A DNA stretch of 64,000 nucleotides from Syntrophales bacterium (GCA_963665615.2 CAXXQE010000006.1:1-64000), one strand, 5' to 3'. Shown: positions 50,009-61,803, numbered from the stretch's first letter. Made by a program: numbers and translations. Notes: generated by a model not told the origin, from the letters alone.

Positions 50009-51009
50009 TTAACCTTCTCCATGCATTCTGAAGCATGACACGTAGTGATTCGTGCCGCAATCCTCAAGCTGGGGCGTCTCCTGCATACAAACCGACATCC
50101 GTTCGGAACACCTCGGATAGAACCGGCATCCTGTAACCGTTTCCCCATTCCCTTCCGACGAAAGACCTCGTTCCACCGACAAATTTTCTCCTGAGCGTCT
50201 TCCCGTCCGCGACACGGACGGAATCGCCGCCAGAAGCGCCCGCGTGTAAGGATGCCGCGGCATCTCAAACAGATCGCGATTGGACGCCAACTCGACGATT
50301 TTGCCGAGGTACATGACTGCGATCCGGTCACTCACATGTCGCACGACCCCCAGATCATGACTGATAAAGAGATACGTCAGATCATAGTCGCGCTGAAGAT
50401 CCATCATAAGGTTGAGAATCTGCGCTTGCACAGAAACATCCAGCGCCGACACCGGCTCATCGGCCACAATGAGTTTGGGCTGGAGCGCCAGAGCTCGCGC
50501 GATTCCGATACGCTGGCGTTGTCCGCCGCTGAACTCATGGGGATAACGCCCCATCTGTTCACGGGTCAGTCCGACCTGTTCCATCAGATCCAATACGCGC
50601 GAGAAACGTTCGGCGGCATTTCCGAAACGGTGGATCTCCAGGGGCTCGCCGATCATCCTTGCCACGCTCTTTCTCGGATTGAGCGAGGAATACGGGTCCT
50701 GAAAGATCATCTGCACCTGTCGCCGCAGAGCCATCAAGTCCCTGCCCCTGAGCGATCCGATATCCCGGCCGTCATAGAGCACCTGCCCCTCCGTTGGAAC
50801 CTCCAAGCGAAGCACCATTCGCCCCAGGGTCGTTTTGCCGCAGCCGCTTTCACCCACCAGGCTCAGCGTTTCACCCCGGTAGATTTCCAGATCGACCCCG
50901 TCAACCGCACGGACCGTAAACGCCGATGCATCAAAAAGTGCGCGGCGTCCCGCAAAATACTTTTTCAGCTTCCTTACTTCGAGAAGCGGCGGCCGATCCG
51001 TATCCGGCG

Positions 51010-51013
<4 letters not shown>
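50009..51013 (-). CDS. Oligopeptide/dipeptide ABC transporter ATP-binding subunit (OppF/DppF-like)
   Basis: [36 protein letters not shown]-terminal Cys cluster. Confidence 0.93.
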
Positions 51014-51978
<965 letters not shown>

Positions 51979-51981
51979 ACG

Positions 51982-53487
51982 TCAGCGGCCCTTCCCCTGA
52001 GCATAATCTGTGAGGAACTGTACCAGCAGCCGGACGCCGAATCCCGAGGCCCCTTTCGGAATGTACGGCCTGGCCTTGCTTGAAAAAGCGGGACCGGCGA
52101 TATCGATATGCGCCCAGGGATGCGCCCCGACGTACTGATTCAGAAAGGCGGCCGCCGTGATCGCACCGCCGTTTCGGCCGCCGGTATTTTTTAGATCGGC
52201 AATATCGCTCTTGATCAGTTCCTGGTAGCAATCCCAGAGCGGCATCTCCCAGATCTTCTCTCCGGTGGTCTGAGAGGCCGCAATGAGTTTTCTCTTGATC
52301 GCATTATCATTGCCGAAAAGCCCCGCCACCTCGTCTCCCAAGGCCACCACGCAGGCTCCGGTAAGCGTCGCAACATCGATCATCACCGCCGGCTTGAATC
52401 GAGCCGCATAAGCAATCGCATCGGCCAGAATCAATCGTCCTTCCGCATCCGTACTGATAATCTCGATGGTCTTTCCGCCCAGAGGCGTAATCACATCCCC
52501 CGGTCGATAGGCCTTCCCTCCCGGCATGTTCTCCGTAGCCGGAATCACCCCGACCAGATTCACGCGCAGCTTGAGATCTGCAGAGGCTCTCAGCGTCGCA
52601 ATCACTGCCGCCGCACCTGCCATATCGGACTTCATCTCTCCCATGTTCTCCGCAGGCTTGAGCGAAATGCCGCCACTGTCGAAGGTGATGCCCTTGCCGA
52701 TCAAAACGACGGGGGCTTGCTTCGGTCTGCCGCCGCGGTAGTCCAGAATCGTAAAGGTCGGCGGTTCCTGACTCCCCTGCGAAACGCCGAGCAGCGCCGT
52801 CATTCCCGCTTTCCGGATCTTTTCCCGATCGAGCACCGTGCATTTGATCGGTCTGGAAACGGTCATCTTTTTTGCTTCAGTAGCGAGACGCGACGGCGTC
52901 ATGACATTTGCCGGGGCATTGCCGAGATCCCTCGCCAAATAGACCGCCTCGGCAATCTTTTCGACGCGCTGCGCCGCCGCTTTCAACGCGGCACTGTCTA
53001 AAGAACCGGCGCTCAGGTAGGCGAGCAGAAGCGCTGTATTCTCCCCTTCAGAAGTTTTGAAGCGGTCATAGCGGTAGTCGCCAAGGACAAAACCCTCCAA
53101 AGCCGCACCGATGGCTGCTTCCGTGGACAGCGCGCTCAACGTCCCGAAATCCAGCGAAACCGCCGCCGAGCGGATCTTAAGGCTGCGCATTTTCTGGACC
53201 GCAGCGGCATAGGCGTTGCGGATCGCCTCGGCCTCCGCCTTGTCCCGCGATTCCAAACCAATCAGCATAATCCGCGACGCCGGAATCGCCCCTCCGGTAT
53301 AGAGCATAGCCTGCGGGGTCTTCCCCTGAAAATCCTTCGCCGCCAGCATCGTCCGAATCGGGCCGCCGCAGGCCTCATCGATGGCTTGGACCGCTTCCGA
53401 AAGGCCGCTGTCCGATGAAAAATGCCACAGCAGGATCAGATCTGCCTTCCGGCTCAACAGGGATTTTTTATCAATTTCGAATTTCAT
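51982..53487 (-). CDS. pepA: Leucyl aminopeptidase (M17)
   Basis: GKGITFDSGGISLK, MKSDMAG, STDAEGRLILAD, ATLTGA. Confidence 0.95.
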   Translation of the reverse strand: MKFEIDKKSLLSRKADLILLWHFSSDSGLSEAVQAIDEACGGPIRTMLAAKDFQGKTPQAMLYTGGAIPASRIMLIGLESRDKAEAEAIRNAYAAAVQKMRSLKIRSAAVSLDFGTLSALSTEAAIGAALEGFVLGDYRYDRFKTSEGENTALLLAYLSAGSLDSAALKAAAQRVEKIAEAVYLARDLGNAPANVMTPSRLATEAKKMTVSRPIKCTVLDREKIRKAGMTALLGVSQGSQEPPTFTILDYRGGRPKQAPVVLIGKGITFDSGGISLKPAENMGEMKSDMAGAAAVIATLRASADLKLRVNLVGVIPATENMPGGKAYRPGDVITPLGGKTIEIISTDAEGRLILADAIAYAARFKPAVMIDVATLTGACVVALGDEVAGLFGNDNAIKRKLIAASQTTGEKIWEMPLWDCYQELIKSDIADLKNTGGRNGGAITAAAFLNQYVGAHPWAHIDIAGPAFSSKARPYIPKGASGFGVRLLVQFLTDYAQGKGR

Positions 53488-53601
53488 GTCGTCTCCTATC
53501 GCGTCGAAAAGATAGCACAGTGCGACCAAAAGTCAATCTCGACCGGATCTTAAAGCAGAATGACATTGATTTTTCTCCGACATCCTCCCATAATTTCGGC
53601 C

Positions 53602-55344
53602 ATGGACCATCCGCTCGATAAAGAGGCGATAGCCGATATTCTGGAAGAGATTGGCATGCTCCTCGAGCTGCAGGGGGAAAACCCCTTCAAGACCCGGGCA
53701 TACAGTCATGCCGCCCAGACGATCCGGATGTTGGATCAGGATCTGGGCGCCCTGATCGACACGGATGCACTCTCCTCCATTCCGGGAATCGGCGAAGCCC
53801 TCAGCAAAAAAATCACGACCCTCTACACCACGGGTCGCCTTGAATACCTTGACAAGCTCCGGACAACTGTGCCCGAGGATTTTCTTACGATGATCCGGAT
53901 CCGCGGCCTCGGCGCAAAAAAGATTATTCAGTTGCACAAGCAACTGAATATCCGCACGCTCGACGAGCTCGAAGCCGCCTGCCGCGATGATCGTCTCCTC
54001 GCGGCCAAAGGTTTCGGCAAGGCCATGCAGGACAAGATCCTGAAGGGCATCGAGCAACTGCGTCGTAGCGAGGGGCTTCACCTCTTCGCCCACGTCGAGC
54101 CGGAGATGGCGGCGCTGCTGTCACACCTCCAAACTGCGCTGGCGGACGACGATTCAATCAGCCCGACAGGTGAGTACCGGCGCCTGTGCAGTGTCATCCG
54201 GGATCTACCTCTTCTTGCCGCGTCTGACGCTCACAGCCGTATCATCGATCACTTTGCCGCTTATGTGAAAGAGGAATCGGTGTTGGAAAGAACGAGCGAC
54301 CGGTGCCGCATCCGTCTGGATTCTGGAATTGAGTCAAACCTGTACGTCGTGCCGAAAGACGTGTTTTCCTTCGCCCTGCATCACGCCACCGGCAGTCACG
54401 CACACGCCGAAGGCCTGCGCCAGTGGGCACAGAAAAAGGGTATGTTTCTGACCGAAAACGGCCTCACCGCTAAAGGAAAACCCGTCAACTGCCGCGATGA
54501 AGAGGCGATCTTCGCTGCGCTGGGATTGGCGGATATTCCACCCGAGTTGCGGGAGGATACCGGAGAAATCGCCGCAGCCGCCAAGGGTGCCCTGCCCCGG
54601 CTGATCGAACGCGCAGATATCCGCGGAGCCTTTCATGTCCATACGAATATGAGCGACGGCGCCAATACGCTGGAGCAACTCGCAACGGCAGCAAAAGCAG
54701 CAGCGCTTGAATACATCGGCATCGCCGACCATAGCCGTTCGGCCTATTACGCACATGGACTTTCTGTTGAACAGGTCGTCAGACAGATCCAGGAGATCGA
54801 CCGGCTCAATGCCGCCGATATTGGCGTTTACCTTTTCAAGGGAATTGAAGTCGAGATTCTTCCGGACGGGCGGCTCGATTATGACGAAGAGATTTTGCGC
54901 CTCTTTGATTTTGTCATTGCCGCTATCCATTCCCATTTTTCCATGCCGGAACGGGAAATGACCGACCGAATTTCGAGAGCCATGGAACATCCGCACGTCA
55001 CGATGCTGGCGCATCCGACGGGGCGGCTGCTCCTGTCACGGGATCCCTATGCAGTCAACCTGGCGGAAGTCATCGATTGCGCGGCCTCCCTGGGGAAGGT
55101 CCTTGAAATCAATGCCTACCCCGACAGACTGGATCTAGACTGGCGCTGGTGCAAGGCTGCTAAGGAAAAGGGGGTGCTGATGGCGATCAACCCGGACGTG
55201 CATCAGGCATCCGGATTCGATGCCCTACGCTACGGTGTGAATGAGGCACGCAGAGGCTGGCTGGAGGCGACCGACTGCCTCAATACGCAATCGCTCGACG
55301 CTGTTCGGCAGTTTCTAGTGTATCGAAAAAAATCGAAAAAGTGA
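53602..55344 (+). CDS. polX: PolX/PHP DNA polymerase-exonuclease with degenerate polymerase active site
   Basis: GENPFKTRAY, HhH motifs, IPPELRE, PHP motifs HVHTNMSDG, DHS, HPTGR, EINA, DVH. Confidence 0.92.
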   Translation: MDHPLDKEAIADILEEIGMLLELQGENPFKTRAYSHAAQTIRMLDQDLGALIDTDALSSIPGIGEALSKKITTLYTTGRLEYLDKLRTTVPEDFLTMIRIRGLGAKKIIQLHKQLNIRTLDELEAACRDDRLLAAKGFGKAMQDKILKGIEQLRRSEGLHLFAHVEPEMAALLSHLQTALADDDSISPTGEYRRLCSVIRDLPLLAASDAHSRIIDHFAAYVKEESVLERTSDRCRIRLDSGIESNLYVVPKDVFSFALHHATGSHAHAEGLRQWAQKKGMFLTENGLTAKGKPVNCRDEEAIFAALGLADIPPELREDTGEIAAAAKGALPRLIERADIRGAFHVHTNMSDGANTLEQLATAAKAAALEYIGIADHSRSAYYAHGLSVEQVVRQIQEIDRLNAADIGVYLFKGIEVEILPDGRLDYDEEILRLFDFVIAAIHSHFSMPEREMTDRISRAMEHPHVTMLAHPTGRLLLSRDPYAVNLAEVIDCAASLGKVLEINAYPDRLDLDWRWCKAAKEKGVLMAINPDVHQASGFDALRYGVNEARRGWLEATDCLNTQSLDAVRQFLVYRKKSKK

Positions 55345-55353
55345 TCGCGACGC

Positions 55354-56298
55354 TCATTTTGCGCTCGGGAAATCCTGTAGATTGCCAATCAGTTCTTTGA
55401 CGTGGCCGAACCCGTGGCGCTCAAGATAGGCTTCGATCCCCCGCACCACATCTACCGTGGCCGTCGGATTGACGAAATTTCCCGTGCCGACCTGAACCGC
55501 CGAAGCACCCGCCAGCATGAACTCCAGAGCGTCCTTCGCCGTCAGTATGCCGCCGATGCCGATGACGGGAATGGAGACCCTTCGGGCAACCTCCCAGACC
55601 ATGCGGACGGCGACGGGTTTGATCGCCGGGCCGGAAAGCCCGCCGGTCATGTTCTTCAGATGGGGCACACGCTTCTCCACATCGATCGACATGCCCTTCA
55701 AGGTGTTGATAAGGGATACGGCGTCCGCTCCACCCTCTTGAACGGCCGCTGCAATCTCCGCAATATCGGTGACATTGGGGGTCAGTTTGACGATCAGCGG
55801 CAGGCTCGTACAACGCTTGGTAGCGCGCGTGACCTCGCGGGCCTGAGCGGCCTCGACGCCGAAGGCGATTCCACCCTTTTCGACGTTGGGGCAGGAGATA
55901 TTCAACTCGAGGGCATGAACGCCCTCGACCGTCGTAAGGATCTCAGCGAGGCGCTGGAATTCCTCAACGCTTTCGCCATAGACATTGACGATGACCTTGG
56001 TCCGGTAGCGCCGTAAGAAGGGCATCTTGTCGCGGATAAAGGCCTCGACGCCGACATTGGCGAGTCCGATGGCGTTGAGCATCCCGGAGGCCGTCTCGAT
56101 GATTCTCGGCGGCGGATTGCCGTTTCGTCGTGCGAGCGAAATGCCCTTCACGATGACCGCGCCGACTTCATTCAGATCGACATAAGGCGCATACTCCTCG
56201 CCATAGCCAAAGGTTCCGGAGGCCGTCATCACCGGGTTCGCCAGTTGAAGACCGCCTCCGACAGACACCTCCAATCCGGGTTTCTTTCCCTGCTTCAT
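55354..56298 (-). CDS. pyrD: Dihydroorotate dehydrogenase B, catalytic subunit
   Basis: [36 protein letters not shown]. Confidence 0.96.
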   Translation of the reverse strand: MKQGKKPGLEVSVGGGLQLANPVMTASGTFGYGEEYAPYVDLNEVGAVIVKGISLARRNGNPPPRIIETASGMLNAIGLANVGVEAFIRDKMPFLRRYRTKVIVNVYGESVEEFQRLAEILTTVEGVHALELNISCPNVEKGGIAFGVEAAQAREVTRATKRCTSLPLIVKLTPNVTDIAEIAAAVQEGGADAVSLINTLKGMSIDVEKRVPHLKNMTGGLSGPAIKPVAVRMVWEVARRVSIPVIGIGGILTAKDALEFMLAGASAVQVGTGNFVNPTATVDVVRGIEAYLERHGFGHVKELIGNLQDFPSAK

Positions 56299-56302
56299 CG
56301 CC

Positions 56303-57097
56303 TTACCAGACTAACGCATCCATATTAAAAACCGGACCGTCCTTGCAGACGGCTTTGTAAATCCCTTCCACGGTCATCACGGCACAACCGAGACAGGCTC
56401 CCACGCCGCAGGCCATCCGCGCTTCAATAGAGACCTGACAGCGGATCTTGCGATCGTCTACGACACGGGCAAGGCTCGTCAGCATGGGATGCGGACCGCA
56501 GGCGTAAAGAATCGACGCATCATTGTCATAGGCATCGAGATCCTTCGCGACCAGATCCGTCACAAAACCGTGATGGCCGGCGCTTCCGTCGTCGGTCGCC
56601 GGGTGATAGGCCCTGCACAGCGGCTTGATATTGTCCGCGGCCAGCAGGGCATCGGCGCTGCGCGCTCCATGATAACAGATCATTCCCAGACCTGATTGAC
56701 AACTCAGGGCCTCGGCCAAGAAGCGGATCGGGGCGATACCCATTCCCCCAGCCACCAGAATGATTCGCTTGGCCTGAACGTCCAAATCGAATCCTTGCCC
56801 CAGGGGACCATTCACCCAGACGAGGTCTCCTTTTTGCAACTGGGACAAAAGGCGAGTTCCCTCGCCGACGACCTGATACAGCAGTTCCAGAACCACCCGG
56901 CCGTCATGGCTGTAGACCGAATGGATGCTGAGCGGCCGGGGCAGAAAGACAGAGGCGTTGTCCACGAAACGCAGCATCACAAACTGCCCGGGTGCGCTCT
57001 CCAGAAAAACGTCCGGCATGTCGAGCGCCAGGAGATAACATCCCGGCGCAACGCACCTCTGATCGAGCACGGCAACGCACTGGACGGTTTTAGGCAT
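56303..57097 (-). CDS. pyrK: Dihydroorotate dehydrogenase electron-transfer subunit
   Basis: [45 protein letters not shown]. Confidence 0.95.
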   Translation of the reverse strand: MPKTVQCVAVLDQRCVAPGCYLLALDMPDVFLESAPGQFVMLRFVDNASVFLPRPLSIHSVYSHDGRVVLELLYQVVGEGTRLLSQLQKGDLVWVNGPLGQGFDLDVQAKRIILVAGGMGIAPIRFLAEALSCQSGLGMICYHGARSADALLAADNIKPLCRAYHPATDDGSAGHHGFVTDLVAKDLDAYDNDASILYACGPHPMLTSLARVVDDRKIRCQVSIEARMACGVGACLGCAVMTVEGIYKAVCKDGPVFNMDALVW

Positions 57098-57578
57098 CTT
57101 GATTCCTGTAAGCCCACATGATGACGGCATCTTCACGGGTGTCAGTGTAATAACCGGGGCGAATCCCTTCAATCTGAAATCCGCATTTTTTGTAGGCGGC
57201 AATCGCCACTGTATTCGAAGCCCGGACCTCCAGCGTCGCCGCAAAAGCCCCCGCCGCTTTTCCCCGCCGAAACATCTCTTCAACCAGTATCGAGGCAATG
57301 CCTCGCCCGCGGAGATCCGGACGAACGGCGATATGGTTCAGGTGGATCTCTCCGGCTACGATCCAGAAATTGATGTACCCAACGATGTCACGAACGCGCT
57401 GCAGGGTCCCGACGACAACCAGGGTCTGCGAGATCGGGGAGGCTAGCTCATCGTGAAAAATCCCCCGGGTCCAAGGCGCTGAAAAAGAGGCCTCCTCAAT
57501 GGCCATCACCTGCGCCACGTCCTCTGGAACCATCGCCCGCAGCGACCATCTGCTATGGATACCTTCAGGAGAGACCAT
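57090..57578 (-). CDS. rimI: Ribosomal protein S18-alanine N-acetyltransferase
   Basis: IEEASFSAPW, IAVRPDLRGRGIA, LEVRASN, RPGYY...EDAVIM. Confidence 0.9.
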   Translation of the reverse strand: MVSPEGIHSRWSLRAMVPEDVAQVMAIEEASFSAPWTRGIFHDELASPISQTLVVVGTLQRVRDIVGYINFWIVAGEIHLNHIAVRPDLRGRGIASILVEEMFRRGKAAGAFAATLEVRASNTVAIAAYKKCGFQIEGIRPGYYTDTREDAVIMWAYRNQDA

Positions 57579-57710
57579 AAACGTCCCACTGCGTCGCGAG
57601 GCGAAAGGACCGTGCGTCAGCCGGATCACCTTTTCCCTGAAAAACCGGAAACGACATCGTCATCCGTCAGGATAATAGATGATAAAGGGAATGCCGGTAA
57701 GTTGATTGAG

Positions 57711-58121
57711 CTATTTTGCCGGCACGTCCCGCTTGAGAATCTCACTGGCCAGAGAAATATTCTTTCGTCCGTAGTCTCTAAGAAACAGCGCCGCTTCAGA
57801 TAGATTTTTATCCTTCCTGATATCGAGTTTCAGGAGCATCGGGAGATTGACGCCCGTCAAGACTTCAACTTTCCCCTCTTTCATGAAGGATAGCGAGATA
57901 TTGGAGGGTGTGCCGCCAAATAGATCCGTCAGAATAAGAATGCCGTTGCCGGTGTCCATTTTTTTCATAGCGCCGGTAATTTCTTTTCGGATATCCTCCG
58001 CGCCCCGCTCCGCGCTTACAGAGATGGCGTAGACACCCGTCAACGGTCCCTTAATCAACTCGGCGGCTCTAATCAACTCACTGCCGAGGCTTCCATGAGT
58101 GATTACCAGAACTCCTATCAT
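57711..58121 (-). CDS. PTS mannose/fructose-family EIIA component (stand-alone)
   Basis: MIGVLVITHG, LTDLFGGTPSN, TGVNLPML. Confidence 0.92.
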   Translation of the reverse strand: MIGVLVITHGSLGSELIRAAELIKGPLTGVYAISVSAERGAEDIRKEITGAMKKMDTGNGILILTDLFGGTPSNISLSFMKEGKVEVLTGVNLPMLLKLDIRKDKNLSEAALFLRDYGRKNISLASEILKRDVPAK

Positions 58122-58348
58122 AGCCCCCCCCTCGTCCGATTGAACACGGCGATGAGATATCTCGTTTACAATAGCGAAGGACGATACCATGTCCTCAGAC
58201 TTCAATACAATAAAAATCCGTCTTTCATCTAACCAATTTTCGCGGCATCCCGCCACCACGCCTTGAGGTAAGGCGGCGAGTGATCCATAAATATGCAATT
58301 CGCTGTGCGGCATTGAACTGAAGAGACTTTGCAAAACCATCAACATTT

Positions 58349-58422
58349 TTATCCACAACCTATCCACAAGCCCTGTGGGCATAGAACGATAAGCATTTAT
58401 AATCACGACTTATTTTTCAACA
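58349..58422. promoter_or_regulatory. Cluster of DnaA-box-like sequences
   Basis: TTATCCACA (58349-58357, perfect), CTATCCACA (58360-58368), TTTTCAACA (58414-58422). Confidence 0.55.
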
Positions 58423-58491
58423 ACAGTTGGAAGTCACCGAAATTCCCCAAGGATCGTTTCCGAACTGTTCGAAATTCGTCATTTTTTATCA

Positions 58492-58519
58492 TTGACATCA
58501 ATCCAAGATGCCCTATACT
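58492..58519 (+). promoter_or_regulatory. sigma-70 promoter
   Basis: TTGACA-N16-TATACT, 33 nt upstream of ATG 58553. Confidence 0.7.
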
Positions 58520-58552
58520 AAAAAGATAAAATTGAGAAACAAAGGATGAGGC

Positions 58553-58837
58553 ATGTCTGGTTCCTATAAGTGCAAGAAAACCAATCTATTTATCAAAGAA
58601 CCTTGCCACGAACACGTCTGCGAATGGTGGCTTAAGAACGAGTCGTTCTGCAACTGCACGTGGGTCGCATGTAATTACGGGCCCTTCACCCTTGAAGAAG
58701 TTGGTGAAATGATGGGCGTAACACGTGAACGTATCAGGCAAATTGAGGCAAAAGCCCTTAGGAAGCTTCAACACAAGAAGCGACGGGATCAATTGAAAGA
58801 TTTTGCGTCACCGAATTACGATGAGGAGATTTACTAA
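58553..58837 (+). CDS. Small Cys-rich protein with stand-alone sigma-70 region 4 HTH
   Basis: C-terminal [30 protein letters not shown]...LKDF closely matches RpoD region 4.2; N-terminus has 6 Cys and 2 His. Confidence 0.85.
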   Translation: MSGSYKCKKTNLFIKEPCHEHVCEWWLKNESFCNCTWVACNYGPFTLEEVGEMMGVTRERIRQIEAKALRKLQHKKRRDQLKDFASPNYDEEIY

Positions 58838-58954
58838 AGGTAGGTTCTGCTGATCTGCCATGAAATCTGTGAGTGTTTCTTTTTTTCAGATCGTCCAGCA
58901 AGACAATGTTCCAATAGACTGTTGAACGGCTGCGCAGTCCCGATCAACAGCCTG

Positions 58955-59854
58955 CTAGTACTCGGCCCGCCAGGCGTTGCTCATGTAGAGGCTGCCAGTC
59001 AACTCCTGCCGCAACTGTCCGACAATTGTCGACTTCGTTTCTTCGATGAGGTACTTCCAGAACGTAAGGCCTTTCTCCTTCGAATAGACCAACTCCGGCT
59101 TTCCCTTTATACCGGCGAGTTTGGCAGCAAGATGCGCCGCTGCATCCATATCGCCGAGTTCATCGATCAACCCGAGTTTGTACGCTTGCCGTCCCGTAAA
59201 AATGCGACCATCGCAATACTCTTTCAACACGGCAACAGGTATCTTGCGATTGACGGAAACGGCTTCGATAAACTGATCGTAAATGTCGTCGATGACACCC
59301 TGGATCAGCTCTCGCTCGGATTTCGTCATTTCACGCAGAGGCGTTCCGATATCCTTGTAGGTGCCGCTCTTGACCGTCGAAGCGCGAATGCCGATCTTTT
59401 TCAGGGTTTCCTCAACATCGGTAAAGTGCATAATTGCACCAATGCTGCCGGTTACTGTGCCCGGGTTGGAAACAATCTTATCCGTTGCACAGGCGACATA
59501 GTAGCCCCCTGAGGCAGCAACAGATCCGAGTGAGGCGACGACATGCTTTTTCTTCTTCGCGCTTAGAATGGATTCGTAGATTTCCTGAGAAGCGGCAACC
59601 CCGCCGCCCGGTGAGTCGATCCGGACGAGAATCGCCTTGATGGTGGTGTCGTCCGCACATTTATTGATCTGATCGACAACAGTCTTGGAATCAATAATGG
59701 CTCCCGTAACGGACACGACGCCTATTTTTTCGCCGACTGCCGTCAACCCACCGCCGTCGCCCTCATAGAACATAATGCCGAACAGCAGAAAAAACGAGGC
59801 CAGACCGATAACGGCCAACAGAATCAAACCGAGGATAACAGGGTGTCGTCGCAT
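58955..59854 (-). CDS. sppA: Signal peptide peptidase SppA (S49)
   Basis: RIDSPGG, AASGGYY, TGSIG, KSGTYKD, DGRIFTG. Confidence 0.95.
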   Translation of the reverse strand: MRRHPVILGLILLAVIGLASFFLLFGIMFYEGDGGGLTAVGEKIGVVSVTGAIIDSKTVVDQINKCADDTTIKAILVRIDSPGGGVAASQEIYESILSAKKKKHVVASLGSVAASGGYYVACATDKIVSNPGTVTGSIGAIMHFTDVEETLKKIGIRASTVKSGTYKDIGTPLREMTKSERELIQGVIDDIYDQFIEAVSVNRKIPVAVLKEYCDGRIFTGRQAYKLGLIDELGDMDAAAHLAAKLAGIKGKPELVYSKEKGLTFWKYLIEETKSTIVGQLRQELTGSLYMSNAWRAEY

Positions 59855-59871
59855 GCAATCGTTCTACCTGA

Positions 59872-61623
59872 TCAAATCTCTGAAATCTTTAAATTGGCAA
59901 GGGCCTTTCCAAGACTGGACCCAACCTTTTCCTTATTGTTCAAATATTGATTAGCGGCAGGTTCATTGACCATCGCCTCATAATCCTTAATGCTCAAGCG
60001 GATCTTTCTACTTTTCGGATCAACGCTCTTGACGAGAGCTGAAACACTGTCGCCGATATGAAACAACTCCGATACTGATTTCGTTTTTTTATGTCCTACT
60101 TCTGAGACGTGAACCAGCCCCTCGATGCCTTCCTCAATTTCAACAAAAATGCCGAACTCCGTGATATTGGTGATCTTGCCGTTGACAACGGAGCCGGTTC
60201 CGAATTTGCTCATGAGCGCTTCCCAGGGATTGCCCTCGAGTTGCTTGATGCCGAGTGAAAATTTTTCGTTTTCAACATCCACGCCCAAAACAACTGCCTC
60301 GACCTCCTGCCCTTTTTTGTAAAATTCAGAAGGATGTTTGATGCGTTGTTTCCAGGAAATGTCGGAGACGTGCACCAGACCGTCAATGCCGTCCTCAATG
60401 CCAATGAATATTCCGAAATCCGCAACGTTGCGAACCGTTCCTTTGACGATCGTACCTTCGGGATATTTTTCCTTCAGTTCGACCCATGGATTCGCAACCG
60501 TCTGTTTCAGACCCAGCGAGATCCGCTTGGACTCCTTGTTGATTTCCAGGATCATCACATTAATCGTGTCACCGATCGAAAGGACCTTCGAGGGGTGTCT
60601 AAATTTCTTTGTTGTCCAGAACATCTCTGAAATGTGAATCAGCCCCTCGACCCCCTCTTCAAGTTCAACAAAGGCGCCGTAATCTGTCAAGCTGACCACT
60701 CTGCCTGGTACAATCGTGTTAATGGCATATTTTTCGGTAATCCGGTCCCAGGGATTGTCTTTCATCTGCTTAAGTCCCAGCGAGATCCTCCCCTTTTCCC
60801 GGTCAAACGAAAGGACCTTCAAGGTGATCTGGTCGCCCTTCTTAAAATGCTCTGATGGCCGCGACAACTTCCCCCAAGTGATATCCGTCACGTGGAGCAG
60901 CCCGTCGATGCCGCCCAGATCAACGAATACACCATATTCGGTAATGTTCTTGACGATCCCTTCGACGGCCTTACCTTCCTCGACCGTTTCAAGAATCTTT
61001 TTTCTTTCGAGCTCGCGTTCCTTTTCCAGAATCGCCCGTCGTGAAAGGACAACGTTGTTTCTCTTTCGATCATAGCTCAGAATATTAAACGCGTATGTTT
61101 TCCCAACACAGGCGTTCATATCCTTTATAGGTCGTATGTCCATCTGAGAGCCCGGCAGAAAGGCTGTAATCCCGATATCGACCGTAAATCCGCCTTTAAC
61201 CCGCTCCAGGATCGTACCCTGAATCGTCTCTTTGTTTTCGCAGGCCGCCTTGATGTCGTTCCAAACCCGCATTTTGGCCGCCTTATCACGAGAGAGAATG
61301 AGATTATAGTCTTCGTCCTTGTGATCGACCAGAACCTCAATCATATCCCCAACAGAGACCGTCAGGTTGCCCTTGTCGTCCATTAGCTCCGACGCCCTGA
61401 TCTGCCCCTCTGACTTGTGACCGACATCGACCATCACCAGGTCATTGTTGATTTGCACCACCCGTCCAACAACAACTTCTCCTAACAAAACCTCCTGCAA
61501 ACTCTGCTCATATAATTCGCTGAAGCTGAGACCTCCGCTCGGACCGGTTTCCATGACAGCCGATTCCTCCACGTATTCGGCATTAATCTCGCCCAGATTG
61601 TTTGTTTGTTTTGAGTTAACCAT
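59872..61623 (-). CDS. rpsA: 30S ribosomal protein S1
   Basis: Six S1 repeats (AFLPGSQ, YGVFVDLGGIDGLLH, YGAFVELEEGVEGLIH...); cmk-rpsA-sppA order; start trimmed. Confidence 0.97.
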   Translation of the reverse strand: MVNSKQTNNLGEINAEYVEESAVMETGPSGGLSFSELYEQSLQEVLLGEVVVGRVVQINNDLVMVDVGHKSEGQIRASELMDDKGNLTVSVGDMIEVLVDHKDEDYNLILSRDKAAKMRVWNDIKAACENKETIQGTILERVKGGFTVDIGITAFLPGSQMDIRPIKDMNACVGKTYAFNILSYDRKRNNVVLSRRAILEKERELERKKILETVEEGKAVEGIVKNITEYGVFVDLGGIDGLLHVTDITWGKLSRPSEHFKKGDQITLKVLSFDREKGRISLGLKQMKDNPWDRITEKYAINTIVPGRVVSLTDYGAFVELEEGVEGLIHISEMFWTTKKFRHPSKVLSIGDTINVMILEINKESKRISLGLKQTVANPWVELKEKYPEGTIVKGTVRNVADFGIFIGIEDGIDGLVHVSDISWKQRIKHPSEFYKKGQEVEAVVLGVDVENEKFSLGIKQLEGNPWEALMSKFGTGSVVNGKITNITEFGIFVEIEEGIEGLVHVSEVGHKKTKSVSELFHIGDSVSALVKSVDPKSRKIRLSIKDYEAMVNEPAANQYLNNKEKVGSSLGKALANLKISEI

Positions 61624-61775
61624 TAAGACGTCCCCCCATAATATATAGATCCATAACTGTTTTCGACTAGCACACTGACACGGAAATATCAAGATAATTA
61701 GAAGAAATTTGAAGGGGGGAGTCGTTGGCCCAGATCGCATCGATCTCTGATGCATATCGATAGCGCACGGTTGCA

Positions 61776-61803
61776 GATTCTCCGGAGCAAGCTCCGGAGA
61801 ATC
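61776..61803. repeat. Perfect 13-bp-stem palindrome between cmk and rpsA
   Basis: GATTCTCCGGAGC-AA-GCTCCGGAGAATC. Confidence 0.7.

Noticed and set aside
49999..50331. N-terminal extension of the HD-GYP ORF in the track
   Set aside because: Overlaps the oppF-like gene; a better RBS-supported GTG start lies at 49998
58122..58406. N-terminal extension of the PTS EIIA ORF, or a rapZ remnant
   Set aside because: The EIIA domain starts at 58121 after a G-rich RBS; the extension has no convincing RapZ motifs and overlaps regulatory DNA
58461..58471. CGAAC-T-GTTCG as a LexA box
   Set aside because: Spacer is 1 nt rather than the 4 nt of the Gram-positive SOS box
58340..58520. Chromosomal oriC
   Set aside because: Only two or three good DnaA boxes and no dnaA/dnaN/gidA context; kept only as a regulatory candidate
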